From Utricularia gibba (lineage: Eukaryota > Plantae > Magnoliophyta): 22,684 nt of DNA. Location of the stretch: NCBI GenBank assembly GCA_002189035.1, contig NEEC01000412.1:1-22684 (forward strand), written 5' to 3'. The position numbers were made by a program, and so were the translations under genes. Shown in pieces: positions 1 through 10,354 of the stretch. Each line of letters begins with the position of its first letter. Position 1 is the first letter of the stretch. Under the pieces are notes generated by a model that was given only the letters and a program-made list of their open reading frames with translations, was not told the DNA's origin and ran no database searches.

Positions 1-66
1 TTCGAGCTTTGATGCATCCTCGGACGAAGAAGCTTTCAACACGGAAGCTGACCGGCACGGAAAGGG

Positions 67-75
67 GTTCGAAAC
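67..75 (+). promoter_or_regulatory. Pol III B-box-like motif GTTCGAAAC (recurs once per monomer; function unproven)
   Basis: Matches the B-box consensus GWTCRANNC and is followed ~30 bp downstream by TTTT (107-110). There is no tRNA T-stem pairing and no well-spaced strong A-box. Confidence 0.2.
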
Positions 76-92
76 GGTATGCCGGGCGCAGC

Positions 93-101
93 ATGACTCA
101 T
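93..101. promoter_or_regulatory. AP-1/GCN4-type bZIP motif ATGACTCAT (per monomer; GTGACTCAT in B; function unproven)
   Basis: Exact match to ATGA(C/G)TCAT in A-type units. The TGACTCA core is retained in B. This is a motif match only. Confidence 0.2.
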
Positions 102-1727
102 CACGGTTTTCAGGATATGGCCGAAATACCGAACGGTGTGCGAGGCCACCTTGAGGCTGCGGGTAGGAACACACCTAGAGCTTGTTCAGAGATCGCTCGA
201 AAACCCATACTTCACATCACCAATAAAACGCACATGTTTGGAAACCCGAAAATCACAATCGGGTCGATTCTCGTTTTCCGAGTCGCATCGTCGTGAACGT
301 GGTGGCCAATTTGTGGCACATCTGAAGGCTAAGATAAGGCGATAATTCGAGCTTTGATGCATCCTCGGACGAAGAAGCTTTCAACACGGAAGCTGACCGG
401 CACGGAAAGGGGTTCGAAACGGTATGCCGGGCGCAGCATGACTCATCACGGTTTTCAGGATATGGCCGAAATACCGAACGGTGTGCGAGGCCACCATGAG
501 GCTGCACGTAGGGACACACCCAGAGCTTGTTCAGAGATCGCCTCGAAAACCCATACTTCACGTCATCCAATAAAACGCAGATGTTTTGCAAGCGAAAATC
601 ACAATCGCGTCGATTCTCGTGTTCCGAGTCGCATCGTCGCGAACGTGGTGGCCAATTTGTGGCACATCTAAGGCTAAGATAAGGCGATAATTCGAGCTTT
701 GATGCATCCTCGGACGAAGAAGCTTTCAACACGGAAGCTGACCGGCACGGAAAGGGGTTCGAAACGGTATGCCGGGCGCAGCATGACTCATCACGGTTTT
801 CAGGATATGGCCGAAATACCGAACGGTGTGCGAGGCCACCATGAGGCTGCAGTAGGGACACACCCAGAGCTTGTTCAGAGATCGCCTCGAAAACCCATAC
901 TTCACGTCATCCAATAAAACGCAGATGTTTTGCAAGGCGAAAATCACAATCGCGTCGATTCTCGTGTTCCGAGTCGCATCGTCGCGAACGTGGTGGCCAA
1001 TTTGTGGCACATCTGAAGGCTAAGATAAGGCGATAATTCGAGCTTTGATGCATCCTCGGACGAAGAAGCTTTCAACACGGAAGCTGACCGGCACGGAAAG
1101 GGGTTCGAAACGGTATGCCGGGCGCAGCATGACTCATCACGGTTTTCAGGATATGGCCGAAATACCGAACGGTGTGCGAGGCCACCATGAGGCTGCACGT
1201 AGGGACACACCAGAGCTTGTTCAGAGATCGCCTCGAAAACCCATACTTCACGTCATCCAATAAAACGCAGATGTTTTGCAAGGCGAAAATCACAATCGCG
1301 TCGATTCTCGTGTTCCGAGTCGCATCGTCGCGAACGTGGTGGCCAATTTGTGGCACATCTAAAGGCTAAGATAAGGCGATAATTCGAGCTTTGATGCATC
1401 CTCGGACGAAGAAGCTTTCAACACGGAAGCTGACCGGCACGGAAAGGGGTTCGAAACGGTATGCCGGCGCAGCATGACTCATCACGGTTTTCAGGATATG
1501 GCCGAAATACCGAACGGTGTGCGAGGCCACCATGAGGCTGCAGTAGGGACACACCCAGAGCTTGTTCAGAGATCGCCTCGAAAACCCATACTTCACGTCA
1601 TCCAATAAAACGCAGATGTTTTGCAAGGCGAAAATCACAATCGCGTCGATTCTCGTGTTCCGAGTCGCATCGTCGCGAACGTGGTGGCCAATTTGTGGCA
1701 CATCTGAAGGCTAAGATAAGGCGATAA

Positions 1728-2074
1728 TTCGAGCTTTGATGCATCCTCGGACGAAGAAGCTTTCAACACGGAAGCTGACCGGCACGGAAAGGGGTTCGAA
1801 ACGGTATGCCGGGCGCAGCATGACTCATCACGGTTTTCAGGATATGGCCGAAATACCGAACGGTGTGCGAGGCCACCATGAGGCTGCACGTAGGGACACA
1901 CCCAGAGCTTGTTCAGAGATCGCCTCGAAAACCCATACTTCACGTCATCCAATAAAACGCAGATGTTTTGCAAGGCGAAAATCACAATCGCGTCGATTCT
2001 CGTGTTCCGAGTCGCATCGTCGCGAACGTGGTGGCCAATTTGTGGCACATCTGAAGGCTAAGATAAGGCGATAA
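1728..2074. repeat. Representative full-length A-type monomer (unit 6, 347 bp)
   Basis: All homopolymer runs are at their longest common length. Hand count: 182 G+C of 347 (52%), 87 C, 95 G, 32 CpG. Confidence 0.9.
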
Positions 2075-2420
2075 TTCGAGCTTTGATGCATCCTCGGACG
2101 AAGAAGCTTTCAACACGGAAGCTGACCGGCACGGAAAGGGGTTCGAAACGGTATGCCGGGCGCAGCATGACTCATCACGGTTTTCAGGATATGGCCGAAA
2201 TACCGAACGGTGTGCGAGGCCACCATGAGGCTGCGGGTAGGAACACACCTAGAGCTTGTTCAGAGATCGCCTCGAAAACCCATACTTCACGTCACCCAAT
2301 AAAACGCACATGTTTTGAAACCCGAAAATCACAATCGGTCGATTCTCGTTTTCCGAGTCGCATCGTCGTGAACGTGGTGGCCAATTTGTGGCACATCTGA
2401 AGGCTAAGATAAGGCGATAA
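2075..2420. repeat. C-type variant monomer (unit 7)
   Basis: GCGGGTAGGAAC, CACCTAGAG, CACCCAAT, CGCACATG, GAAACCCG, CGTTTTCC, GTCGTGAAC. Confidence 0.85.
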
Positions 2421-4489
2421 TTCGAGCTCTGATGCATCCTCGGACGAAGAAGCTTTCAACACGGAAGCTGACCGGCACGGAAAGGGGTTCGAAACGGTAT
2501 GCGGGCGCAGCATGACTCATCACGGTTTTCAGGATATGGCCGAAATACCGAACGGTGTGCGAGGCCACCATGAGGCTGCACGTAGGGACACACCCAGAGC
2601 TTGTTCAGAGATCGCCTCGAAAACCCATACTTCACGTCATCCAATAAAACGCAGATGTTTTGCAAGGCAAAATCACAATCGCGTCGATTCTCGTTTCCGA
2701 GTCGCATCGTCGCGAACGTGGTGGCCAATTTGTGGCACATCTAAGGCTAAGATAAGGCGATAATTCGAGCTTTGATGCATCCTCGGACGAAGAAGCTTTC
2801 AACACGGAAGCTGACCGGCACGGAAAGGGGTTCGAAACGGTATGCCGGGCGCAGCATGACTCATCACGGTTTTCAGGATATGGCCGAAATACCGAACGGT
2901 GTGCGAGGCCACCATGAGGCTGCAGGTAGGGACACACCCAGAGCTTGTTCAGAGATCGCCTCGAAAACCCATACTTCACGTCATCCAATAAAACGCAGAT
3001 GTTTTGCAAACCCGAAAATCACAATCGGGTCGATTCTCGTTTTCCGAGTCGCATCGTCGCGAACGTGGTGGCCAATTTGTGGCACATCTGAAGGCTAAGA
3101 TAAGGCGATAATTCGAGCTTTGATGCATCCTCGGACGAAGAAGCTTTCAACACGGAAGCTGACCGGCACGGAAAGGGGTTCGAAACGGTATGCCGGGCGC
3201 AGCATGACTCATCACGGTTTTCAGGATATGGCCGAAATACCGAACGGTGTGCGAGGCCACCATGAGGCTGCAGTAGGGACACACCAGAGCTTGTTCAGAG
3301 ATCGCCTCGAAAACCCATACTTCACGTCATCCAATAAAACGCACATGTTTGCAAGCCGAAAATCACAATCGGGTCGATTCTCGTTTTCCGAGTCGCATCG
3401 TCGTGAACGTGGTGGCCAATTTGTGGCACATCTGAAGGCTAAGATAAGGCGATAATTCGAGCTTTGATGCATCCTCGGACGAAGAAGCTTTCAACACGGA
3501 AGCTGACCGGCACGGAAAGGGGTTCGAAACGGTATGCGGGCGCAGCATGACTCATCACGGTTTTCAGGATATGGCCGAAATACCGAACGGTGTGCGAGGC
3601 CACCATGAGGCTGCACGTAGGGACACACCCAGAGCTTGTTCAGAGATCGCCTCGAAAACCCATACTTCACGTCATCCAATAAAACGCAGATGTTTTGCAA
3701 GGCGAAAATCACAATCGCGTCGATTCTCGTGTTCCGAGTCGCATCGTCGCGAACGTGGTGGCCAATTTGTGGCACATCTAAAGGCTAAGATAAGGCGATA
3801 ATTCGAGCTTTGATGCATCCTCGGACGAAGAAGCTTTCAACACGGAAGCTGACCGGCACGGAAAGGGGTTCGAAACGGTATGCCGGGCGCAGCATGACTC
3901 ATCACGGTTTTCAGGATATGGCCGAAATACCGAACGGTGTGCGAGGCCACCATGAGGCTGCAGTAGGGACACACCCAGAGCTTGTTCAGAGATCGCCTCG
4001 AAAACCCATACTTCACGTCATCCAATAAAACGCAGATGTTTTGCAAGGCGAAAATCACAATCGCGTCGATTCTCGTGTTCCGAGTCGCATCGTCGCGAAC
4101 GTGGTGGCCAATTTGTGGCACATCTGAAGGCTAAGATAAGGCGATAATTCGAGCTTTGATGCATCCTCGACGAAGAAGCTTTCAACACGGAAGCTGACCG
4201 GCACGGAAAGGGGTTCGAAACGGTATGCCGGGCGCAGCTTGACTCATCACGGTTTTCAGGATATGGCCGAAATACCGAACGGTGTGCGAGGCCACCATGA
4301 GGCTGCAGTAGGGACACACCAGAGCTTGTTCAGAGATCGCCTCGAAAACCCATACTTCACGTCATCCAATAAAACGCAGATGTTTTGCAAGCGAAAATCA
4401 CAATCGGTCGATTCTCGTGTTCCGAGTCGCATCGTCGCGAACGTGGTGGCCAATTTGTGGCACATCTGAAGGCTAAGATAAGGCGATAA

Positions 4490-4835
4490 TTCGAGCTTTG
4501 ATGCATCCTCGGACGAAGAAGCTTTCAACACGGAAGCTGACCGGCACGGAAAGGGGTTCGAAACGGTATGCCGGGCGCAGCATGACTCATCACGGTTTTC
4601 AGGATATGGCCGAAATACCGAACGGTGTGCGAGGCCACCATGAGGCTGCGGGTAGGAACACACCCAGAGCTTGTTCAGAGATCGCCTCGAAAACCCATAC
4701 TTCACGTCACCCAATAAAACGCACATGTTTGCAAACCGAAAATCACAATCGGGTCGATTCTCGTTTTCCGAGTCGCATCGTCGCGAACGTGGTGGCCAAT
4801 TTGTGGCACATCTGAAGGCTAAGATAAGGCGATAA
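4490..4835. repeat. C-type variant monomer (unit 14)
   Basis: GCGGGTAGGAAC, CACCCAAT, CGCACATG, ATCGGGTC, CGTTTTCC. Confidence 0.8.
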
Positions 4836-7596
4836 TTCGAGCTTTGATGCATCCTCGGACGAAGAAGCTTTCAACACGGAAGCTGACCGGCACGGAAAGG
4901 GGTTCGAAACGGTATGCCGGGCGCAGCATGACTCATCACGGTTTTCAGGATATGGCCGAAATACCGAACGGTGTGCGAGGCCACCATGAGGCTGCAGTAG
5001 GGACACACCCAGAGCTTGTTCAGAGATCGCCTCGAAAACCCATACTTCACGTCATCCAATAAAACGCAGATGTTTTGCAAGGCGAAAAATCACAATCGGT
5101 CGATTCTCGTGTTCCGAGTCGCATCGTCGCGAACGTGGTGGCCAATTTGTGGCACATCTGAAGGCTAAGATAAGGCGATAATTCGAGCTTTGATGCATCC
5201 TCGGACGAAGAAGCTTTCAACACGGAAGCTGACCGGCACGGAAAGGGGTTCGAAACGGTATGCCGGGCGCAGCATGACTCATCACGGTTTTCAGGATATG
5301 GCCGAAATACCGAACGGTGTGCGAGGCCACCATGAGGCTGCACGTAGGGACACACCCAGAGCTTGTTCAGAGATCGCCTCGAAAACCCATACTTCACGTC
5401 ATCCAATAAAACGCAGATGTTTGGAACCGAAAATCACAATCGGGTCGATTCTCGTTTTCCGAGTCGCATCGTCGCGAACGTGGTGGCCAATTTGTGGCAC
5501 ATCTGAAGGCTAAGATAAGGCGATAATTCGAGCTTTGATGCATCCTCGGACGAAGAAGCTTTCAACACGGAAGCTGACCGGCACGGAAAGGGGTTCGAAA
5601 CGGTATGCCGGGCGCAGCATGACTCATCACGGTTTTCAGGATATGGCCGAAATACCGAACGGTGTGCGAGGCCACCATGAGGCTGCACGTAGGGACACAC
5701 CCAGAGCTTGTTCAGAGATCGCCTCGAAACCATACTTCACGTCATCCAATAAAACGCACATGTTTGAAACCGAAAATCACAATCGGGTCGATTCTCGTTT
5801 TCCGAGTCGCATCGTCGCGAACGTGGTGGCCAATTTGTGGCACATCTGAAGGCTAAGATAAGGCGATAATTCGAGCTTTGATGCATCCTCGGACGAAGAA
5901 GCTTTCAACACGGAAGCTGACCGGCACGGAAAGGGGTTCGAAACGGTATGCCGGGCGCAGCATGACTCATCACGGTTTTCAGGATATGGCCGAAATACCG
6001 AACGGTGTGCGAGGCCACCATGAGGCTGCACGTAGGGACACACCCAGAGCTTGTTCAGAGATCGCCTCGAAAACCCATACTTCACGTCATCCAATAAAAC
6101 GCAGATGTTTTGCAAGGCGAAAATCACAATCGCGTCGATTCTCGTGTTCCGAGTCGCATCGTCGCGAACGTGGTGGCCAATTTGTGGCACATCTGAAGGC
6201 TAAGATAAGGCGATAATTCGAGCTTTGATGCATCCTCGGACGAAGAAGCTTTCAACACGGAAGCTGACCGGCACGGAAAGGGGTTCGAAACGGTATGCCG
6301 GGCGCAGCATGACTCATCACGGTTTTCAGGATATGGCCGAAATACCGAACGGTGTGCGAGGCCACCATGAGGCTGCAGTAGGGACACACCCAGAGCTTGT
6401 TCAGAGATCGCCTCGAAAACCCATACTTCACGTCATCCAATAAAACGCAGATGTTTGCAAGGCGAAAATCACAATCGGTCGATTCTCGTGTTCCGAGTCG
6501 CATCGTCGCGAACGTGGTGGCCAATTTGTGGCACATCTGAAGGCTAAGATAAGGCGATAATTCGAGCTTTGATGCATCCTCGGACGAAGAAGCTTTCAAC
6601 ACGGAAGCTGACCGGCACGGAAAGGGGTTCGAAACGGTATGCCGGGCGCAGCATGACTCATCACGGTTTTCAGGATATGGCCGAAATACCGAACGGTGTG
6701 CGAGGCCACCATGAGGCTGCACGTAGGGACACACCCAGAGCTTGTTCAGAGATCGCCTCGAAAACCCATACTTCACGTCATCCAATAAAACGCAGATGTT
6801 TTGCAAGGCGAAAATCACAATCGGGTCGATTCTCGTTTTCCGAGTCGCATCGTCGCGAACGTGGTGGCCAATTTGTGGCACATCTGAAGGCTAAGATAAG
6901 GCGATAATTCGAGCTTTGATGCATCCTCGGACGAAGAAGCTTTCAACACGGAAGCTGACCGGCACGGAAAGGGGTTCGAAACGGTATGCCGGGCGCAGCA
7001 TGACTCATCACGGTTTTCAGGATATGGCCGAAATACCGAACGGTGTGCGAGGCCACCATGAGGCTGCAGTAGGGACACACCCAGAGCTTGTTCAGAGATC
7101 GCCTCGAAAACCCATACTTCACGTCATCCAATAAAACGCAGATGTTTTGCAAGCGAAAATCACAATCGCGTCGATTCTCGTTTCCGAGTCGCATCGTCGC
7201 GAACGTGGTGGCCAATTTGTGGCACATCTGAAGGCTAAGATAAGGCGATAATTCGAGCTTTGATGCATCCTCGGACGAAGAAGCTTTCAACACGGAAGCT
7301 GACCGGCACGGAAAGGGGTTCGAAACGGTATGCCGGGCGCAGCATGACTCATCACGGTTTTCAGGATATGGCCGAAATACCGAACGGTGTGCGAGGCCAC
7401 CATGAGGCTGCAAGGAGGACACACCCAGAGCTTGTTCAGAGATCGCCTCGAAAACCCATACTTCACGTCATCCAATAAAACGCAGATGTTTTGCAAGGCG
7501 AAAATCACAATCGGTCGATTCTCGTGTTCCGAGTCGCATCGTCGCGAACGTGGTGGCCAATTTGTGGCACATCTGAAGGCTAAGATAAGGCGATAA

Positions 7597-7938
7597 TTCG
7601 AGCTTTGATGCATCCTCGGACGAAGAAGCTTTCAACACGGAAGCTGACCGGCACGGAAAGGGGTTCGAAACGGTATGCCGGGCGCAGCATGACTCATCAC
7701 GGTTTTCAGGATATGGCCGAAATACCGAACGGTGTGCGAGGCCACCATGAGGCTGCGGTAGGGAACACACCAGAGCTTGTTCAGAGATCGCCTCGAAAAC
7801 CCATACTTCACGTCACCCAATAAAACGCAGATGTTTTGAAGAAAATCACAATCGGGTCGATTCTCGTTTTCCGAGTCGCATCGTCGCGAACGTGGTGGCC
7901 AATTTGTGGCACATCTGAAGGCTAAGATAAGGCGATAA
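7597..7938. repeat. Degraded C-like monomer (unit 23)
   Basis: GCTGCGGTAGGGAAC, CACCCAAT, ATCGGGTC and CGTTTTCC, but A-type CAGATG and GTCGCGAAC. Confidence 0.6.
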
Positions 7939-10008
7939 TTCGAGCTTTGATGCATCCTCGGACGAAGAAGCTTTCAACACGGAAGCTGACCGGCACGGAA
8001 AGGGGTTCGAAACGGTATGCCGGGCGCAGCATGACTCATCACGGTTTTCAGGATATGGCCGAAATACCGAACGGTGTGCGAGGCCACCATGAGGCTGCGG
8101 GTAGGGACACACCCAGAGCTTGTTCAGAGATCGCCTCGAAAACCCATACTTCACGTCATCCAATAAAACGCAGATGTTTGCAAGAAAATCACAATCGCGT
8201 CGATTCTCGTTTCCGAGTCGCATCGTCGCGAACGTGGTGGCCAATTTGTGGCACATCTGAAGGCTAAGATAAGGCGATAATTCGAGCTTTGATGCATCCT
8301 CGGACGAAGAAGCTTTCAACACGGAAGCTGACCGGCACGGAAAGGGGTTCGAAACGGTATGCCGGGCGCAGCATGACTCATCACGGTTTTCAGGATATGG
8401 CCGAAATACCGAACGGTGTGCGAGGCCACCATGAGGCTGCACGTAGGGACACACCCAGAGCTTGTTCAGAGATCGCCTCGAAAACCCATACTTCACGTCA
8501 TCCAATAAAACGCAGATGTTTGGAAACCCGAAAATCACAATCGGGTCGATTCTCGTTTTCCGAGTCGCATCGTCGCGAACGTGGTGGCCAATTTGTGGCA
8601 CATCTGAAGGCTAAGATAAGGCGATAATTCGAGCTTTGATGCATCCTCGGACGAAGAAGCTTTCAACACGGAAGCTGACCGGCACGGAAAGGGGTTCGAA
8701 ACGGTATGCCGGGCGCAGCATGACTCATCACGGTTTTCAGGATATGGCCGAAATACCGAACGGTGTGCGAGGCCACCATGAGGCTGCAGTAGGGACACAC
8801 CAGAGCTTGTTCAGAGATCGCCTCGAAAACCCATACTTCACGTCATCCAATAAAACGCAGATGTTTGCAAGGCGAAAATCACAATCGCGTCGATTCTCGT
8901 GTTCCGAGTCGCATCGTCGCGAACGTGGTGGCCAATTTGTGGCACATCTGAAGGCTAAGATAAGGCGATAATTCGAGCTTTGATGCATCCTCGGACGAAG
9001 AAGCTTTCAACACGGAAGCTGACCGGCACGGAAAGGGGTTCGAAACGGTATGCCGGGCGCAGCATGACTCATCACGGTTTTCAGGATATGGCCGAAATAC
9101 CGAACGGTGTGCGAGGCCACCATGAGGCTGCACGTAGGGACACACCCAGAGCTTGTTCAGAGATCGCCTCGAAAACCATACTTCACGTCATCCAATAAAA
9201 CGCAGATGTTTTGCAAGGCGAAAATCACAATCGCGTCGATTCTCGTGTTCCGAGTCGCATCGTCGCGAACGTGGTGGCCAATTTGTGGCACATCTAAAGG
9301 CTAAGATAAGGCGATAATTCGAGCTTTGATGCATCCTCGGACGAAGAAGCTTTCAACACGGAAGCTGACCGGCACGGAAAGGGGTTCGAAACGGTATGCC
9401 GGGCAGCATGACTCATCACGGTTTTCAGGATATGGCCGAAATACCGAACGGTGTGCGAGGCCACCATGAGGCTGCAGTAGGGACACACCCAGAGCTTGTT
9501 CAGAGATCGCCTCGAAAACCCATACTTCACGTCATCCAATAAAACGCAGATGTTTTGCAAGGCGAAAATCACAATCGCGTCGATTCTCGTGTTCCGAGTC
9601 GCATCGTCGCGAACGTGGTGGCCAATTTGTGGCACATCTGAAGGCTAAGATAAGGCGATAATTCGAGCTTTGATGCATCCTCGGACGAAGAAGCTTTCAA
9701 CACGGAAGCTGACCGGCACGGAAAGGGGTTCGAAACGGTATGCCGGGCGCAGCTTGACTCATCACGGTTTTCAGGATATGGCCGAAATACCGAACGGTGT
9801 GCGAGGCCACCATGAGGCTGCACGTAGGGACACACCCAGAGCTTGTTCAGAGATCGCCTCGAAAACCCATACTTCACGTCATCCAATAAAACGCAGATGT
9901 TTTGCAAGGCGAAAATCACAATCGGGTCGATTCTCGTGTTCCGAGTCGCATCGTCGCGAACGTGGTGGCCAATTTGTGGCACATCTGAAGGCTAAGATAA
10001 GGCGATAA

Positions 10009-10354
10009 TTCGAGCTTTGATGCATCCTCGGACGAAGAAGCTTTCAACACGGAAGCTGACCGGCACGGAAAGGGGTTCGAAACGGTATGCCGGGCGCAGC
10101 ATGACTCATCACGGTTTTCAGGATATGGCCGAAATACCGAACGGTGTGCGAGGCCACCATGAGGCTGCGGGTAGGGACACACCAGAGCTTGTTCAGAGAT
10201 CGCCTCGAAAACCCATACTTCACGTCACCCAATAAAACGCACATGTTTGGAAACCCGAAAATCACAATCGGGTCGATTCTCGTTTTCCGAGTCGCATCGT
10301 CGTGAACGTGGTGGCCAATTTGTGGCACATCTGAAGGCTAAGATAAGGCGATAA
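10009..10354. repeat. C-type variant monomer (unit 30)
   Basis: GCGGGTAGG, CACCCAAT, CGCACATG, TTTGGAAACCCG, ATCGGGTC, CGTTTTCC, GTCGTGAAC. Confidence 0.85.

Larger units (their letters stand above)
1..345. repeat. C-type variant monomer (unit 1)
   Basis: Linked alleles GCTGCGGGTAGGAAC, CACCTAGAG, CGCACATG, TTTGGAAACCCG, ATCGGGTC, CTCGTTTTCC, GTCGTGAAC. Confidence 0.85.

Noticed and set aside
60-90. CENP-B box
   Set aside because: The TTCG motifs do not fit NTTCGNNNNANNCGGGN on either strand at the sites I checked.
1-345. 5S rDNA, tRNA or spliced-leader gene repeat (unit length is compatible)
   Set aside because: I found no 5S rRNA-like 120-nt segment, no tRNA cloverleaf (the GTTCGAAAC flanks do not pair), and no trypanosomatid, nematode SL1 or dinoflagellate SL sequence on either strand.
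1-345. Assignment to a known plant satellite (short words resemble Brassicaceae centromeric repeats, e.g. AAGCTTCTTC on the minus strand)
   Set aside because: Only ~10-bp matches recalled from memory, which is insufficient for family or species assignment without a database search.
349-560. Monomer as a dimer of ~173-bp halves (GAGCTT at 349 and 523, offset 174)
   Set aside because: Similarity is limited to a few short words (GAGCTT, ATC, CTCG, CTTCA) and disappears further along, so it cannot be supported by eye. A low-stringency self-alignment with shuffled controls would be needed.
490-574. Kozak-like GCCACCATG and AATAAA in each unit
   Set aside because: The +4 base is A, the downstream frame varies between copies with indels, and AATAAA lies only ~70 bp later. 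These are chance short motifs.
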